Below are positions 19,836 through 28,909 of a DNA stretch of 64,000 nt, piece by piece. The notes beneath the pieces are model-generated. The model worked only from the letters and a program-made list of their open reading frames with translations. It did not search any database and was not told the origin of the DNA. Position 1 is the stretch's first letter. Every line of letters begins with the position of its first letter. The translations under genes and the position numbers were made by a program. Source of the stretch: an uncultured delta proteobacterium (lineage in GTDB: Bacteria; Myxococcota; Myxococcia; Myxococcales; Myxococcaceae); assembly GCA_963776345.1 (NCBI GenBank), contig CAVZMH010000016.1, positions 160,001 to 224,000 of the forward strand, written 5' to 3'.

Positions 19836-21650
19836 GTGGACGCGGACCTGGACAGCCCCCGGGTGGACGCTCCCGCGGGGCCATTGCTCGGCGAGGGGTG
19901 GGAGCTCCGTCCGTCCACCGGCCGCGCCGCGGGCACCGTGCTGGTGGTGCCACCGGAGGGCGCGGTCCTCGGGAGCTCGCGGGAGTGTGAGCTGGTGCTG
20001 TCCGACGAGAGCGTCGCCCCCCGGCACCTGCGGCTCTCCCGGGCCCCCGGCGGCCGGCTGGGCTTCGTGCACCTCGGTGGGCGCTGGCCCACCCTGCTCG
20101 ACGGCGAGCCACGGACCAGCGGCACGCTCGAGGAGGGGAACCTGCTTCAGGTCGGAGCGGTGCTGCTCTCGGTCGCCCGGCGCTCGATGACCGCACCGCC
20201 CGGGGGCCCCGCCACCGAGGACGACGAGCCGCCGCTCGCACCCGGCACCGTGCTCGCCGAGCGCTACCGCATCCACGACCTCGTCGGCCGCGGCGGCATG
20301 GGAGCCGTCTACCGCGCCGAGCACCTCGCCCTGGGCAACACCGTGGCGGTGAAGGTCCTCCGTGCCTCGCACGGGGCGCGCACCGACATCGTCCGCCGCT
20401 TCCAGCGCGAGGCGGTGGCGGCGAGCCAGATCCGCCATCCGGGCATCGTCGAGGTCACCGACTTCGGCCGCACGCCGGACGGGCGCTTCTACCTGGCGAT
20501 GGAGTTCGTGGACGGCGAGACGCTGGCCCGCCGGCTGGCGAGGCTCGGCCCGTTCGCGCCCACCGAGGCGGTGTCGCTGGTGCGCACGCTCGCCCGCGCG
20601 CTCGGCGCCGCGCACGCCCGCGGCATCTACCACCGGGACATCAAGCCGGAGAACGTGCTCCTCGCCGCGGACGGCAGCATCAAGCTGGCCGACTTCGGCA
20701 TCGCCCGCCTCGCCGAGGGCCCGCGCGACGCACGCGAGACCGCGGCGGGGCTCATCTTCGGCACGCCCCACTACATGTCGCCGGAGCAGGCCGCCGGCCA
20801 GCGCCAGGACGGTCGGAGCGACGTGTACGCGCTCGGCGTCCTCCTCTTCGAGCTCCTCACCGGCGCTCCTCCCTACGTGGGGGCGAGCGCCACCCACGTG
20901 CTCGCCGCGCACCTGCTCTCGCCCGTGCCGCGCCTGCCGGCACAGGGTCCGCACGGGCCCATCCCCTCGACCCTCGCCGACCTCGCGGGGCGGATGATGG
21001 CCAAGGACGCGGCCGAACGCCCGGCGAGCATGGCCGAGGTCGAGGCCGCGCTCGACGCGGTGATGGCCGGTCAGGCGCTCCCCCCGCCCACGCCGCGTCG
21101 CAGCGCCGCGCCCTGGCGACGGGGCGTCGTCGTCGCGGCCGTCGCGCTCGCCACGGTGGCTGGCGCGGTGGCGCTGGCGATCCGGACCGGGCGGCCGCCC
21201 CCGACCTCCTCCCTGGCCGCCGGCCCGCCCGCCAGCGGCGCACCCACGACCGCGGCCGCCGAGGGGGCGCCGCCCGCCGTGGAGCCCCAGGCGCCCGCCG
21301 GAGGCGCGGTGGCGACACCCGGGCCGCCCGCTCCCGCGGTGCATGCCGCGGCCGAGAACCGGCCGACGGCCACGCCCCCGCCCAGGCCGCAGCGTGCCGC
21401 TTCCGTCCCGGTCGAGCTCCGGTCGACGCCTTCGGGAGCGCGGGTCACCCTTCGTGGACGGCCGCTCGGGCAAACGCCGCTGTCGGTTCGTCTTCCCGCG
21501 GACACCACCGTGCTGCTGGTGTTCGAGGCCGAGGGACGGCTGTCCATCGCCGAGCGGGTGAGGCCACGGAGCGGGCTGGTGGTCACCGCGCATCTGCCGC
21601 CGGCGCCGATCACCCCGGGCCTCGAGGACCTCAAGGCCTCGCCGTACTGA
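19836..21650 (+). CDS. Ser/Thr protein kinase: FHA-like - kinase - TM - Pro-rich linker - PEGA
   Basis: GRGGMGAVY, VAVK, HRDIKPEN, DFGIA, GTPHYMSPEQ; TM segment; RSTPSGARV...LGQTPL PEGA; N-terminal GS...CELVL.D.SV...H FHA-like. Confidence 0.95.
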   Translation: MDADLDSPRVDAPAGPLLGEGWELRPSTGRAAGTVLVVPPEGAVLGSSRECELVLSDESVAPRHLRLSRAPGGRLGFVHLGGRWPTLLDGEPRTSGTLEEGNLLQVGAVLLSVARRSMTAPPGGPATEDDEPPLAPGTVLAERYRIHDLVGRGGMGAVYRAEHLALGNTVAVKVLRASHGARTDIVRRFQREAVAASQIRHPGIVEVTDFGRTPDGRFYLAMEFVDGETLARRLARLGPFAPTEAVSLVRTLARALGAAHARGIYHRDIKPENVLLAADGSIKLADFGIARLAEGPRDARETAAGLIFGTPHYMSPEQAAGQRQDGRSDVYALGVLLFELLTGAPPYVGASATHVLAAHLLSPVPRLPAQGPHGPIPSTLADLAGRMMAKDAAERPASMAEVEAALDAVMAGQALPPPTPRRSAAPWRRGVVVAAVALATVAGAVALAIRTGRPPPTSSLAAGPPASGAPTTAAAEGAPPAVEPQAPAGGAVATPGPPAPAVHAAAENRPTATPPPRPQRAASVPVELRSTPSGARVTLRGRPLGQTPLSVRLPADTTVLLVFEAEGRLSIAERVRPRSGLVVTAHLPPAPITPGLEDLKASPY

Positions 21651-21661
21651 GGCCGCTGGGA

Positions 21662-21746
21662 CCTACCGGGACGCCGCGGCCTTGACCTACCCGACGCCGG
21701 GGCTCCTGGCCTACCGGACGCCGCGGCCTTGACCTAACGTCGCCGC
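21662..21746. repeat. Degenerate 23-24 bp tandem repeat, about 3.5 units
   Basis: Units CCTACC(G)GGACGCCGCGGCCTTGA start at 21662, 21686, 21710 and 21733. Confidence 0.85.
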
Positions 21747-21751
21747 TCGAG

Positions 21752-22621
21752 ATGATGGCGATGGTGATGGCCGGCCTCTTGCTCGCGGCCCCACCAGGGG
21801 ACGTGGAGCAGGCCCGGGCCGACTTCGAGCAGGGTGCGGCGCTGTACCGCGCGGGAGATTTCCGCGGCGCCCTCGCCGCGTTCGAGGCGGCCCAGGCCCG
21901 CGCTCCGGCGCCGCAGGCGCTGTTCAACATCGCCCGGTGCCAGGAGCGGCTCGGTCAGCTGGCCGACGCCGTGGAGTCGTACGGGGCGTACCTCGCGCTG
22001 GCCCCGGATGCGCCCGATCGCGAGGCGGTGGCCGCGCGCATCACCGAGCTCCGGGCGCGGCTCCCGCTGGACGCCTCGCTGCAGGTCACGGTCCAGCCGC
22101 CCTCCCCCGTCTCCGTGGATGGCGACGCGGCCGGGCTCTCGCCGGTGTCGGTCCGGCTCAGGCCCGGACCCCACCGCGTGCGGGCGACACAGGATGGCTA
22201 CCAGCCGCTCGAGCGGGACCTGGAGCTCGCCGCCGGAGCCCAGGTGCAGCTCGAGCTGTCCCTGGTCCCGCTGATCCCGGCCGTCGCCGCGACCGGGCGC
22301 GCGCCCGACGCGGCGGTCCACGACGCGGTCGCGCCACTGCCGAAGACGCCGCCGCGGCGCTGGACCTACGTCGCCGCGGGGCTCGCCGCCGCCTGCCTCG
22401 CCGCGGGCATCACCTTCGGGGTCAGCGCCCACCAGGCGGAGGACACGCTCAAGACCGGTCCCCCCCGGAGCCAGGAGTCGGTGCAGCAGGTCTACGACAC
22501 CGCGATCGCCCGGAGCAACGCCGCGAACGGCTTCTACGCCGCCGCCGGCATCACCGGCGCCGCCGCCATCGTCCTCTTCTTCCTCGAGCCACACCTCGGC
22601 GCGCCGGCGGAGGCCCGCTAG
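21752..22621 (+). CDS. TPR + PEGA domain protein with C-terminal hydrophobic segments
   Basis: ARADFEQGAALYRAGDFRGAL..F...LFNIARCQERLG (TPR); PGPHRVRATQDGYQP (PEGA). Confidence 0.88.
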   Translation: MMAMVMAGLLLAAPPGDVEQARADFEQGAALYRAGDFRGALAAFEAAQARAPAPQALFNIARCQERLGQLADAVESYGAYLALAPDAPDREAVAARITELRARLPLDASLQVTVQPPSPVSVDGDAAGLSPVSVRLRPGPHRVRATQDGYQPLERDLELAAGAQVQLELSLVPLIPAVAATGRAPDAAVHDAVAPLPKTPPRRWTYVAAGLAAACLAAGITFGVSAHQAEDTLKTGPPRSQESVQQVYDTAIARSNAANGFYAAAGITGAAAIVLFFLEPHLGAPAEAR

Positions 22622-22622
22622 G

Positions 22623-25550
22623 GTGCGTCGGCCGCTGGCCGGTGTGGCGTGGACGCTGGCGGTCGTCCTGCTGGCCGGCTGCAAGCTCGATCTCACCGGC
22701 GCCGCCTGCAACACCAACGACAACTGCCCGGTCCGGCAGTACTGCTCCGTGCCGGAGGGGGTGAAGCAGGGCACCTGCCAGTCCGGCGCGCGCTTCACGG
22801 CGATGCTGACCCTTGCCGCTGACTCACCCATCCTGCCGGCAGGAGCGACGACCCAGGCGGAGGCCACGCTCACCGCGGACGGCGGACCTCCCGTCCCCGA
22901 CGGCGGGCTGGTCACCGAGCTCGTCGACTGGAGCGTCCAGACCGGGGGCGAGGCCATCGTCTCGGTGAGCAACGACGCGGGGACCCGGGGCCTGGTGCAG
23001 GCGCTCGGCCCGGGGCAGGCGACGCTCGTCGGGAGCATGGTGTTCGCCGACCAGCGGATCGAGGGCGCCACCACCATCGTGGTGAGCAACGCCGCGCTCC
23101 AGCGCATCGTCGCCGTCGCCGACCGCCTCCAGTACGCGCCCGGCACCGCGGGAAGCGCCGCGGCCACCGGCTTCTTCAGCGACGGGACCCACGCCGACCT
23201 GACCTCCCTGGTGAAGTGGTCGAGCAGCGCCCCCGCGGTGCTCACGGTGTCCAGCGCCTCGGGGAGCTGGGGGCGCCTCGCGGCGGTGGCCCCGGGCCCG
23301 GCCCTCCTCGGGGCGGCGTACCTGAGCCTCACCGGGACGACCTCGGTGGTGGTGGGCGACGCGACCCTGGTCGGGCTGTCCATCTCCCCGCCGCGCCCGC
23401 GAGGGCTCGAGGGGATGGAGCTGGAGATCGAGGCCACGGGCGTGTTCTCCGACGGCACGGCCCAGACGATGACCCGCTCCGTGCAGTGGGCGCTGGACGA
23501 CCAGGGCCTCGGGTACTTCGCCACGCCGGGTGTGGTGACCCTGCTCGCCCCCGGCAGCACCACGGTCCGGGCCGTGGCCGGTTCGGTGGAGGCGCAGGCC
23601 CTGCTCGACATCGACCCGTTCGCTCCGGTGCAGCTCGAGATCTCCCCTGCCTGGCCGGATCCCCTGCTGGTCGACGGCACCACCCGGCTCTCGGCCTGGG
23701 CCACCCACCAGGCGGGGACCGTCGCTCCGGCGGCGGTGGACTGGAGCACGAGCGCTCCGCCACTGACCGTCTCCTCCGCCGGGGACCTCCTGGCCCTGTC
23801 GCCGGGGCTGGCCACGGTGGTCGCCGACGCCGGGGCGCTCGACGCCCACACGACCGCGGAGGCCACCGCGGGCCCGGGCGTGAGCTGGCTGGTCTGGCCC
23901 CCCGAGGCGATCGTCCCGGTGGGGGCCGAGGGGACGCTGGCGCTGGAGCGCACCCATGCCGACGGGACGGTCCAGGACCTCACCGTGGTCGCGGGCTGGC
24001 GGCAGGGAGATCCCGACGCGGGCTCGCTGGACGTGGAGACCGGCGACACCGGCGGGACGGTGCGCTCCCGCCAGCCGGGATCACGCGTCCCGGTGCTCGC
24101 GGTGCTCCCCGGAAAGGTCGCCCGGGCATGGGTTCGGGCCCCGGCGGGGCTCCCGACGCTGGAGATCGTCCCCGCCGCGGGCGCGTTCCCGGTGGGCGCG
24201 CGCACCCGGCTCGCGGCGGTGGGGCACTGGCCCGACGGGACGGTGGTGGACCTCACCGGCGCGGCGAGCTGGACGGCGGTGCCGGACGGGGTGGTGGTGG
24301 CCGGAGACGGCCCGAGCGCCGGGCTGGTGCTCGGAGCCGATGCCGGGGTGAGCACGGTGCGGGCCCACTTCGCCGGAGCGACCGCGCAGGCACAGCTCGT
24401 CGCCGAGCCCGAGACCGGCGTCCTCGAGGTCTGGCCCCCCAGGGCGACCCTGGCCGCCGGGACGGGGTTGCCGCTCTCGGTGAGCCTGGTCTCGTCGTCG
24501 GGCGAGTCGACCGACGTCACCCCCGACGCCGTCTGGACCTCCGGCGCGCCGCGGGTGGCCGTCGCCACCAACGCCCCGGGCCGGCACGGCCAGCTGCTCG
24601 GCCGGGCCCCCGGGAGCACCGTCCTGACCGCGCACCTGGACGGGCTGCAGGCCACGCTCTCCGTGGTGGTGACGGCGGCCACGCTCCAGGCGGTCGAGCC
24701 CCAGGCACCGCCCGCGGTGCTGACCTGGGTTCCCGTCCGCTTCCTCGCGACCGGCCGGTTCTCGGACGGCAGCGCGCAGGACCTCACGGGGTGGGTCAGC
24801 TGGACCACCTCGGACCCGGGCGTCCTCCGGCTCCGCGGCACCGGCTCGGAGCGGGGCGCCGCGCACGGCGTCGACGCCGGGGTGTCGCTGGTGGCCGCGC
24901 GCCCCCGCGGGGGCCCGGCGACCGGAATCCCCGTCACGGTGAACGGGGCGCCGCCCTCCTCGCTCTCGGTCACCGTCCCCCAGGGGCCGGTCGCGCTGGG
25001 GACGCGCCCGCACGTGCAGGCGGTGGCGCGCGCCGCGGACGGCACGACGGTCGAGGTGACGGGGCTGGTCGAGTGGAGCAGCTCGGACCCGACCGTGGCC
25101 ACGGTGTCCAGCGTCGTCCGCCCCGGATGGGTGACGACGCTCCGCACCGGCACCACGTCGCTCGGCGCGCGCTTCGCGGGGCTGAGCGGGAGCGCGCCCC
25201 TCCAGGTCTCCGGAGACAGCCTGACCAAGCTCTCGCTCTCCGCCCCGGGCAGCCTCCCGCAGGGGTCGAGCGCGACCGCGATCGCCACCGCCACCCTGTC
25301 GGGCGGGGGCTCCCAGCAGCTCGGAGAGGACGTCGTCTGGTCGTCGGACGCTCCGGCCGTCCTCGGCGTGTCCAACGCGCCCGGGGCGCGCGGCCGGCTG
25401 CTCGCGCTCGCGCCGGGAACCGCGACCGTGCGTGCGCGCACCCGGGCCGGGCTGCCTCCGGTGCAGGCGACCGCCGTGGTGACGGTCTCCGCACCCCCGC
25501 TCCGTGCGCCGTCCTTCGGGCCGGTTCGTGCCCTGGCTCCCCGCCGGTAG
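22623..25550 (+). CDS. Large surface lipoprotein with a Cys-rich N-terminal motif and tandem bacterial Ig-like (Big_2) repeats
   Basis: Lipobox LAGC; CNTNDNCP..QYC...C; about 10 repeats of ATGxFSDG...DLT..V.W.SS.P.V..VS...G. Confidence 0.9.
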   Translation: MRRPLAGVAWTLAVVLLAGCKLDLTGAACNTNDNCPVRQYCSVPEGVKQGTCQSGARFTAMLTLAADSPILPAGATTQAEATLTADGGPPVPDGGLVTELVDWSVQTGGEAIVSVSNDAGTRGLVQALGPGQATLVGSMVFADQRIEGATTIVVSNAALQRIVAVADRLQYAPGTAGSAAATGFFSDGTHADLTSLVKWSSSAPAVLTVSSASGSWGRLAAVAPGPALLGAAYLSLTGTTSVVVGDATLVGLSISPPRPRGLEGMELEIEATGVFSDGTAQTMTRSVQWALDDQGLGYFATPGVVTLLAPGSTTVRAVAGSVEAQALLDIDPFAPVQLEISPAWPDPLLVDGTTRLSAWATHQAGTVAPAAVDWSTSAPPLTVSSAGDLLALSPGLATVVADAGALDAHTTAEATAGPGVSWLVWPPEAIVPVGAEGTLALERTHADGTVQDLTVVAGWRQGDPDAGSLDVETGDTGGTVRSRQPGSRVPVLAVLPGKVARAWVRAPAGLPTLEIVPAAGAFPVGARTRLAAVGHWPDGTVVDLTGAASWTAVPDGVVVAGDGPSAGLVLGADAGVSTVRAHFAGATAQAQLVAEPETGVLEVWPPRATLAAGTGLPLSVSLVSSSGESTDVTPDAVWTSGAPRVAVATNAPGRHGQLLGRAPGSTVLTAHLDGLQATLSVVVTAATLQAVEPQAPPAVLTWVPVRFLATGRFSDGSAQDLTGWVSWTTSDPGVLRLRGTGSERGAAHGVDAGVSLVAARPRGGPATGIPVTVNGAPPSSLSVTVPQGPVALGTRPHVQAVARAADGTTVEVTGLVEWSSSDPTVATVSSVVRPGWVTTLRTGTTSLGARFAGLSGSAPLQVSGDSLTKLSLSAPGSLPQGSSATAIATATLSGGGSQQLGEDVVWSSDAPAVLGVSNAPGARGRLLALAPGTATVRARTRAGLPPVQATAVVTVSAPPLRAPSFGPVRALAPRR

Positions 25551-25597
25551 TCCGATGGCGCACCGTGCGCAGGCGGTGCTAGCTCCTCGAGCCAGCG

Positions 25598-26977
25598 ATG
25601 GAACCGACAGCTCCGCAGGACGCCCCGGCCCCGCCCGCGCCCGACCGGGTCCTGGTCGTGGACGACGAGCGGAACATCCGCGCGATGCTCCGGGTCTGCC
25701 TCGAGCAGGCGGGCTGCGAGGTGCGGGAGGCCGGCTCCGCGGAGGCGGCCCTGGCCGCGCTGGGGGCCGCGCCTGCGGAGGTGGCGTTCGTCGACCTGCG
25801 GCTCGGGACCGGGAGCGGGCTCGACCTCGTCCCGGCGCTCCTCGCCGAGAATCCGGACCTGGACGTGGTGGTGGTCACCGCCTACGCCTCGATCGACACC
25901 GCCATGGAGGCCGTCCGGCGAGGCGCGCGCGACTACGTCCCGAAGCCCTTCACCCCGGCGCAGATCCGCACCGTGCTGGAGCGGCTCCGCGAACGCCGGC
26001 GGCTCCGGGCGCGGGTGGAGACGCTCGAGGACCGGCTGGCCGGCGTGGACCCGGACGCCCTGCTCGAGACCCGGTCCCCGGCGATGCAGGCCACGCTCTC
26101 GCTGCTCCGCCGTGCCGCGGCCTCGGACGCCGCGGTCCTGCTTCGGGGCGAGAATGGCACCGGGAAGAGCATCCTGGCCCGGGCCCTCCATCGGCTCTCC
26201 CGCCGGGCAGAGAAGCCCTTCGTCACCGTCAGCGCCCCCACCCTCTCCGACCAGCTCCTGGTCTCGGAGCTCTTCGGGCATGTCCGCGGGGCCTTCACCG
26301 GGGCGGTCCGCGATGCGCCGGGCCGGGTCGAGGCGGCCGAGGGCGGGACGCTGTTCCTCGACGAGATCGGAGAGCTCGGCCCCACCACCCAGGCCCAGCT
26401 CCTTCGCTTCCTCCAGGAGAAGGCCTTCGAGCGGGTGGGCGAGACGCGGACCCGCCACGCCGACGTGCGGATCGTCTCGGCGACCAACCGGGAGCTCGAG
26501 GCGGACGTGCGCAGCGGGCGCTTCCGCGAGGACCTCTTCTACCGGCTCAACGTGGTGGAGATCCGCGTCCCTCCGCTCCGGGAGCGCCGGGAGGACATCC
26601 TCCAGCTGGCGGGCCGGATGCTCCGCCACTTCGCCACCTCGCTCCACCGCCCGGGCCTCGAGCTCGCTCCGGAGACCGCCGCAGTGCTCGAGGGCTACGG
26701 CTGGCCGGGGAACGTGCGCGAGCTGCGGAACGCGGTCGAGCGGGCGGCCATCGTCTGGCCGGCGGACGTGCTCCCCCCGGCCGCCTTCCCCGAGCGCATC
26801 GCCGCCACCCAGGCCGCCGCCCCCGCCCTTGGCGGCCCGTTCTCCCTGGAGCAGATCGAGCGGGAGCACATCCTGCGGGTGATGGCCGGCGCCCCCACCC
26901 TCGACGAGGCGGCGCGCATCCTGGGCATCGACGCGTCCACTCTGTGGAGGAAGCGCAAAAAGTTCGAAGGGAGCTGA
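25598..26977 (+). CDS. sigma54-dependent response regulator (REC-AAA+-Fis HTH; AlgB/NtrC-like)
   Basis: VLVVDDE, GENGTGKS, ELFGHVRGAFTGA, LFLDEIGE, FREDLFYRLN, WPGNVRELRN, AARILGID.STLWRK. Confidence 0.97.
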   Translation: MEPTAPQDAPAPPAPDRVLVVDDERNIRAMLRVCLEQAGCEVREAGSAEAALAALGAAPAEVAFVDLRLGTGSGLDLVPALLAENPDLDVVVVTAYASIDTAMEAVRRGARDYVPKPFTPAQIRTVLERLRERRRLRARVETLEDRLAGVDPDALLETRSPAMQATLSLLRRAAASDAAVLLRGENGTGKSILARALHRLSRRAEKPFVTVSAPTLSDQLLVSELFGHVRGAFTGAVRDAPGRVEAAEGGTLFLDEIGELGPTTQAQLLRFLQEKAFERVGETRTRHADVRIVSATNRELEADVRSGRFREDLFYRLNVVEIRVPPLRERREDILQLAGRMLRHFATSLHRPGLELAPETAAVLEGYGWPGNVRELRNAVERAAIVWPADVLPPAAFPERIAATQAAAPALGGPFSLEQIEREHILRVMAGAPTLDEAARILGIDASTLWRKRKKFEGS

Positions 26978-27049
26978 GCCTGGTCGGCGGCGCGCTGCTG
27001 CGCTCCCGCAGGCGTCGCCCTGACGCGGGGGGTTGAAAAGTGGCCGAGC

Positions 27050-28909
27050 TCAGGTGGCGGCAGATGCCAGGACCGGTCGCGCGCCCGTGTCCGAGTCAGG
27101 CAGCTCGATCCAGAAGACCGTCCCCGCTCCAGGGGCGCTCCGGACACCCACCTTGCCGCCGTGCGCCTCCACCACGTCGCGGACGATGGAGAGTCCCAGC
27201 CCCGCGCCCCCCGGTTGTGAGCCCGGCACCCGGTAGAACTTCTCGAACAGGCGCGGCTGGTATTCCGGGGCGATGCCCGGCCCCTCGTCCTGCACCTCGA
27301 TGCGGACCCCGCCGCTCGCCCGGAGTGCCCGCACCACCACCGGCCGTCCCGCCGGCCCGTGGTGAACGGCGTTGGCCAGGAGGTTGGTGAGGGCGAGGTC
27401 GATCCGGTCCGGATCGGCCACCAGCCGCTCGGCCCCGGGCTGGATGTCCAGCTCGATGGGAACCGCCCTCTTCTCGGCCCCATCGCGGACCGCCCGCTGC
27501 GCCTGCCCGAGCACCAGCTCGGTGGAGAGCTCGCGGGGGTGCAGCTCGAGCCGTCCCGAGCGGATGCGCGCCAGGTCGAGCAGATCGTCGACGATGCCCT
27601 GCAGTCGCTCGCACTCCTCGCGGGCGGCGACCACCAGATCCAGCTGCTGCTCGGAGAGCGGCCCCACCGTCTGCTCCGCGAGGAGGTGAATGGCCATCCG
27701 CAGGCTGGTGAGCGGGGTCCGGAACTCGTGGGCCACGGTGGCGACCAGGTCGTCCTTCAGCTCGTCGAAGCGCCGGAGCCGGGTGATGTCCTGCAGGAGC
27801 ACCGTGACCCCGAGCAGCTGGCCCTCGTCGCTCGAGACGCGGTTGGCCCGGGGGAGCAGCGCCCGGTTCCCGTCACTCGATTCGACCAGGAGCGCGTCCT
27901 CGAACCCCCGCGGCTGCACCGCGGCGGCGCCGGCGAGGACCTCGTCCCGGATCCGCTCCACCCGCTCCCTCACCGCGGGCGGCGCCGATGCGAGGTGTCC
28001 ATCCGCAGCGCGGATGCCGAGGATCTGTTCCGCGGCGCGGTTGGCATTGGCCACCTTCCCCTTGATGTCGAAGACCACCACCGGATCGGGAAGGCTGTCG
28101 ATGGTGGCCTGGGCCGCCAGCTGCGCCTCGAGGAGCTCCCCCAGGCTCGAGTCGCGGTAGCGCTGGAGACTCTCGGCCATGGCGTTGAAGTCGCTGGCCA
28201 GCTGGGTGAGCTCCGAGCCGCCGCCCTCCGGCACCCGGGCCCGGGCCGCGTAGTCGCCCTGACCGAGCCTCCGCACCGACTGCCCGAGCACCGCGACCGG
28301 CCGCAGCGCCCGGGCGGTCAGCGCCGCCGAGGCCAGGAGGCCCAGCACCAGCGCGGCGAGCACCCCGGCGACCACTGCCGTCTCCACCCACTCGCTCTGG
28401 CGCCGCAGCCGGGTGCTCTTGAGCACCATCGCGTCCTGGTTCAGCGCGAGGATCTCGTCCGCGGCGGCCTTCACCCTGAGGAAGCCGGGCTGGAGCGCGT
28501 CCAGGTAGGTGCGCCGGAGCTGCTCCTCGGGCGCGGCGAGGAAGCGCTCGAAGTCGCGCTGGTAGGCGGTCCAGGCCTCGCGGAGCGTCCCCGCGGCCTG
28601 GGCCTCGCCCGGCTCGGTGATGTTGCGCTCCTCCACCTGCAGCTCCCGCTCGAAGGCGGGGCGGTGCTCGCGGGCCAGCGCCACGCCACGCTCACGCTCG
28701 CCGATGACCACGAAGAGTGCGCCGCTGTCCAGCCGCTCGATGGACTCCTTCATCCGCTGCGCCGCGAGCACGCTGCGGTAGTTGTCGGAGAGGATCCGCT
28801 CGCCGGCGCGCCCCAGGGTATTGCTGGTGAGGACCGAGAGGACCGCCACCGCCGCCAGGGCGACCGCCAGCGGGGACTGGGCGATGAGCAGACGGGTCCG
28901 GAGCGTCAC
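27050..28909 (-). CDS. Sensor histidine kinase (TM - periplasmic helical sensor - HAMP - PAS - HisKA - HATPase; KinB-like)
   Basis: NYRSVLAAQRM sensor region; AHEFRTPLTS; NLLANAV; DEGPGI; GAGLGLSI; GTGA-coupled to kdpD. Confidence 0.93.
   Translation of the reverse strand: MTLRTRLLIAQSPLAVALAAVAVLSVLTSNTLGRAGERILSDNYRSVLAAQRMKESIERLDSGALFVVIGERERGVALAREHRPAFERELQVEERNITEPGEAQAAGTLREAWTAYQRDFERFLAAPEEQLRRTYLDALQPGFLRVKAAADEILALNQDAMVLKSTRLRRQSEWVETAVVAGVLAALVLGLLASAALTARALRPVAVLGQSVRRLGQGDYAARARVPEGGGSELTQLASDFNAMAESLQRYRDSSLGELLEAQLAAQATIDSLPDPVVVFDIKGKVANANRAAEQILGIRAADGHLASAPPAVRERVERIRDEVLAGAAAVQPRGFEDALLVESSDGNRALLPRANRVSSDEGQLLGVTVLLQDITRLRRFDELKDDLVATVAHEFRTPLTSLRMAIHLLAEQTVGPLSEQQLDLVVAAREECERLQGIVDDLLDLARIRSGRLELHPRELSTELVLGQAQRAVRDGAEKRAVPIELDIQPGAERLVADPDRIDLALTNLLANAVHHGPAGRPVVVRALRASGGVRIEVQDEGPGIAPEYQPRLFEKFYRVPGSQPGGAGLGLSIVRDVVEAHGGKVGVRSAPGAGTVFWIELPDSDTGARPVLASAAT

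Noticed and set aside
21662..21746. Possible mini-CRISPR array
   Set aside because: Units are contiguous with no unique spacers, and no cas genes are present.
21734..26869. 1711-aa minus-strand ORF
   Set aside because: Antisense shadow of three well-supported plus-strand genes; long stop-free antisense frames are expected in high-GC DNA.
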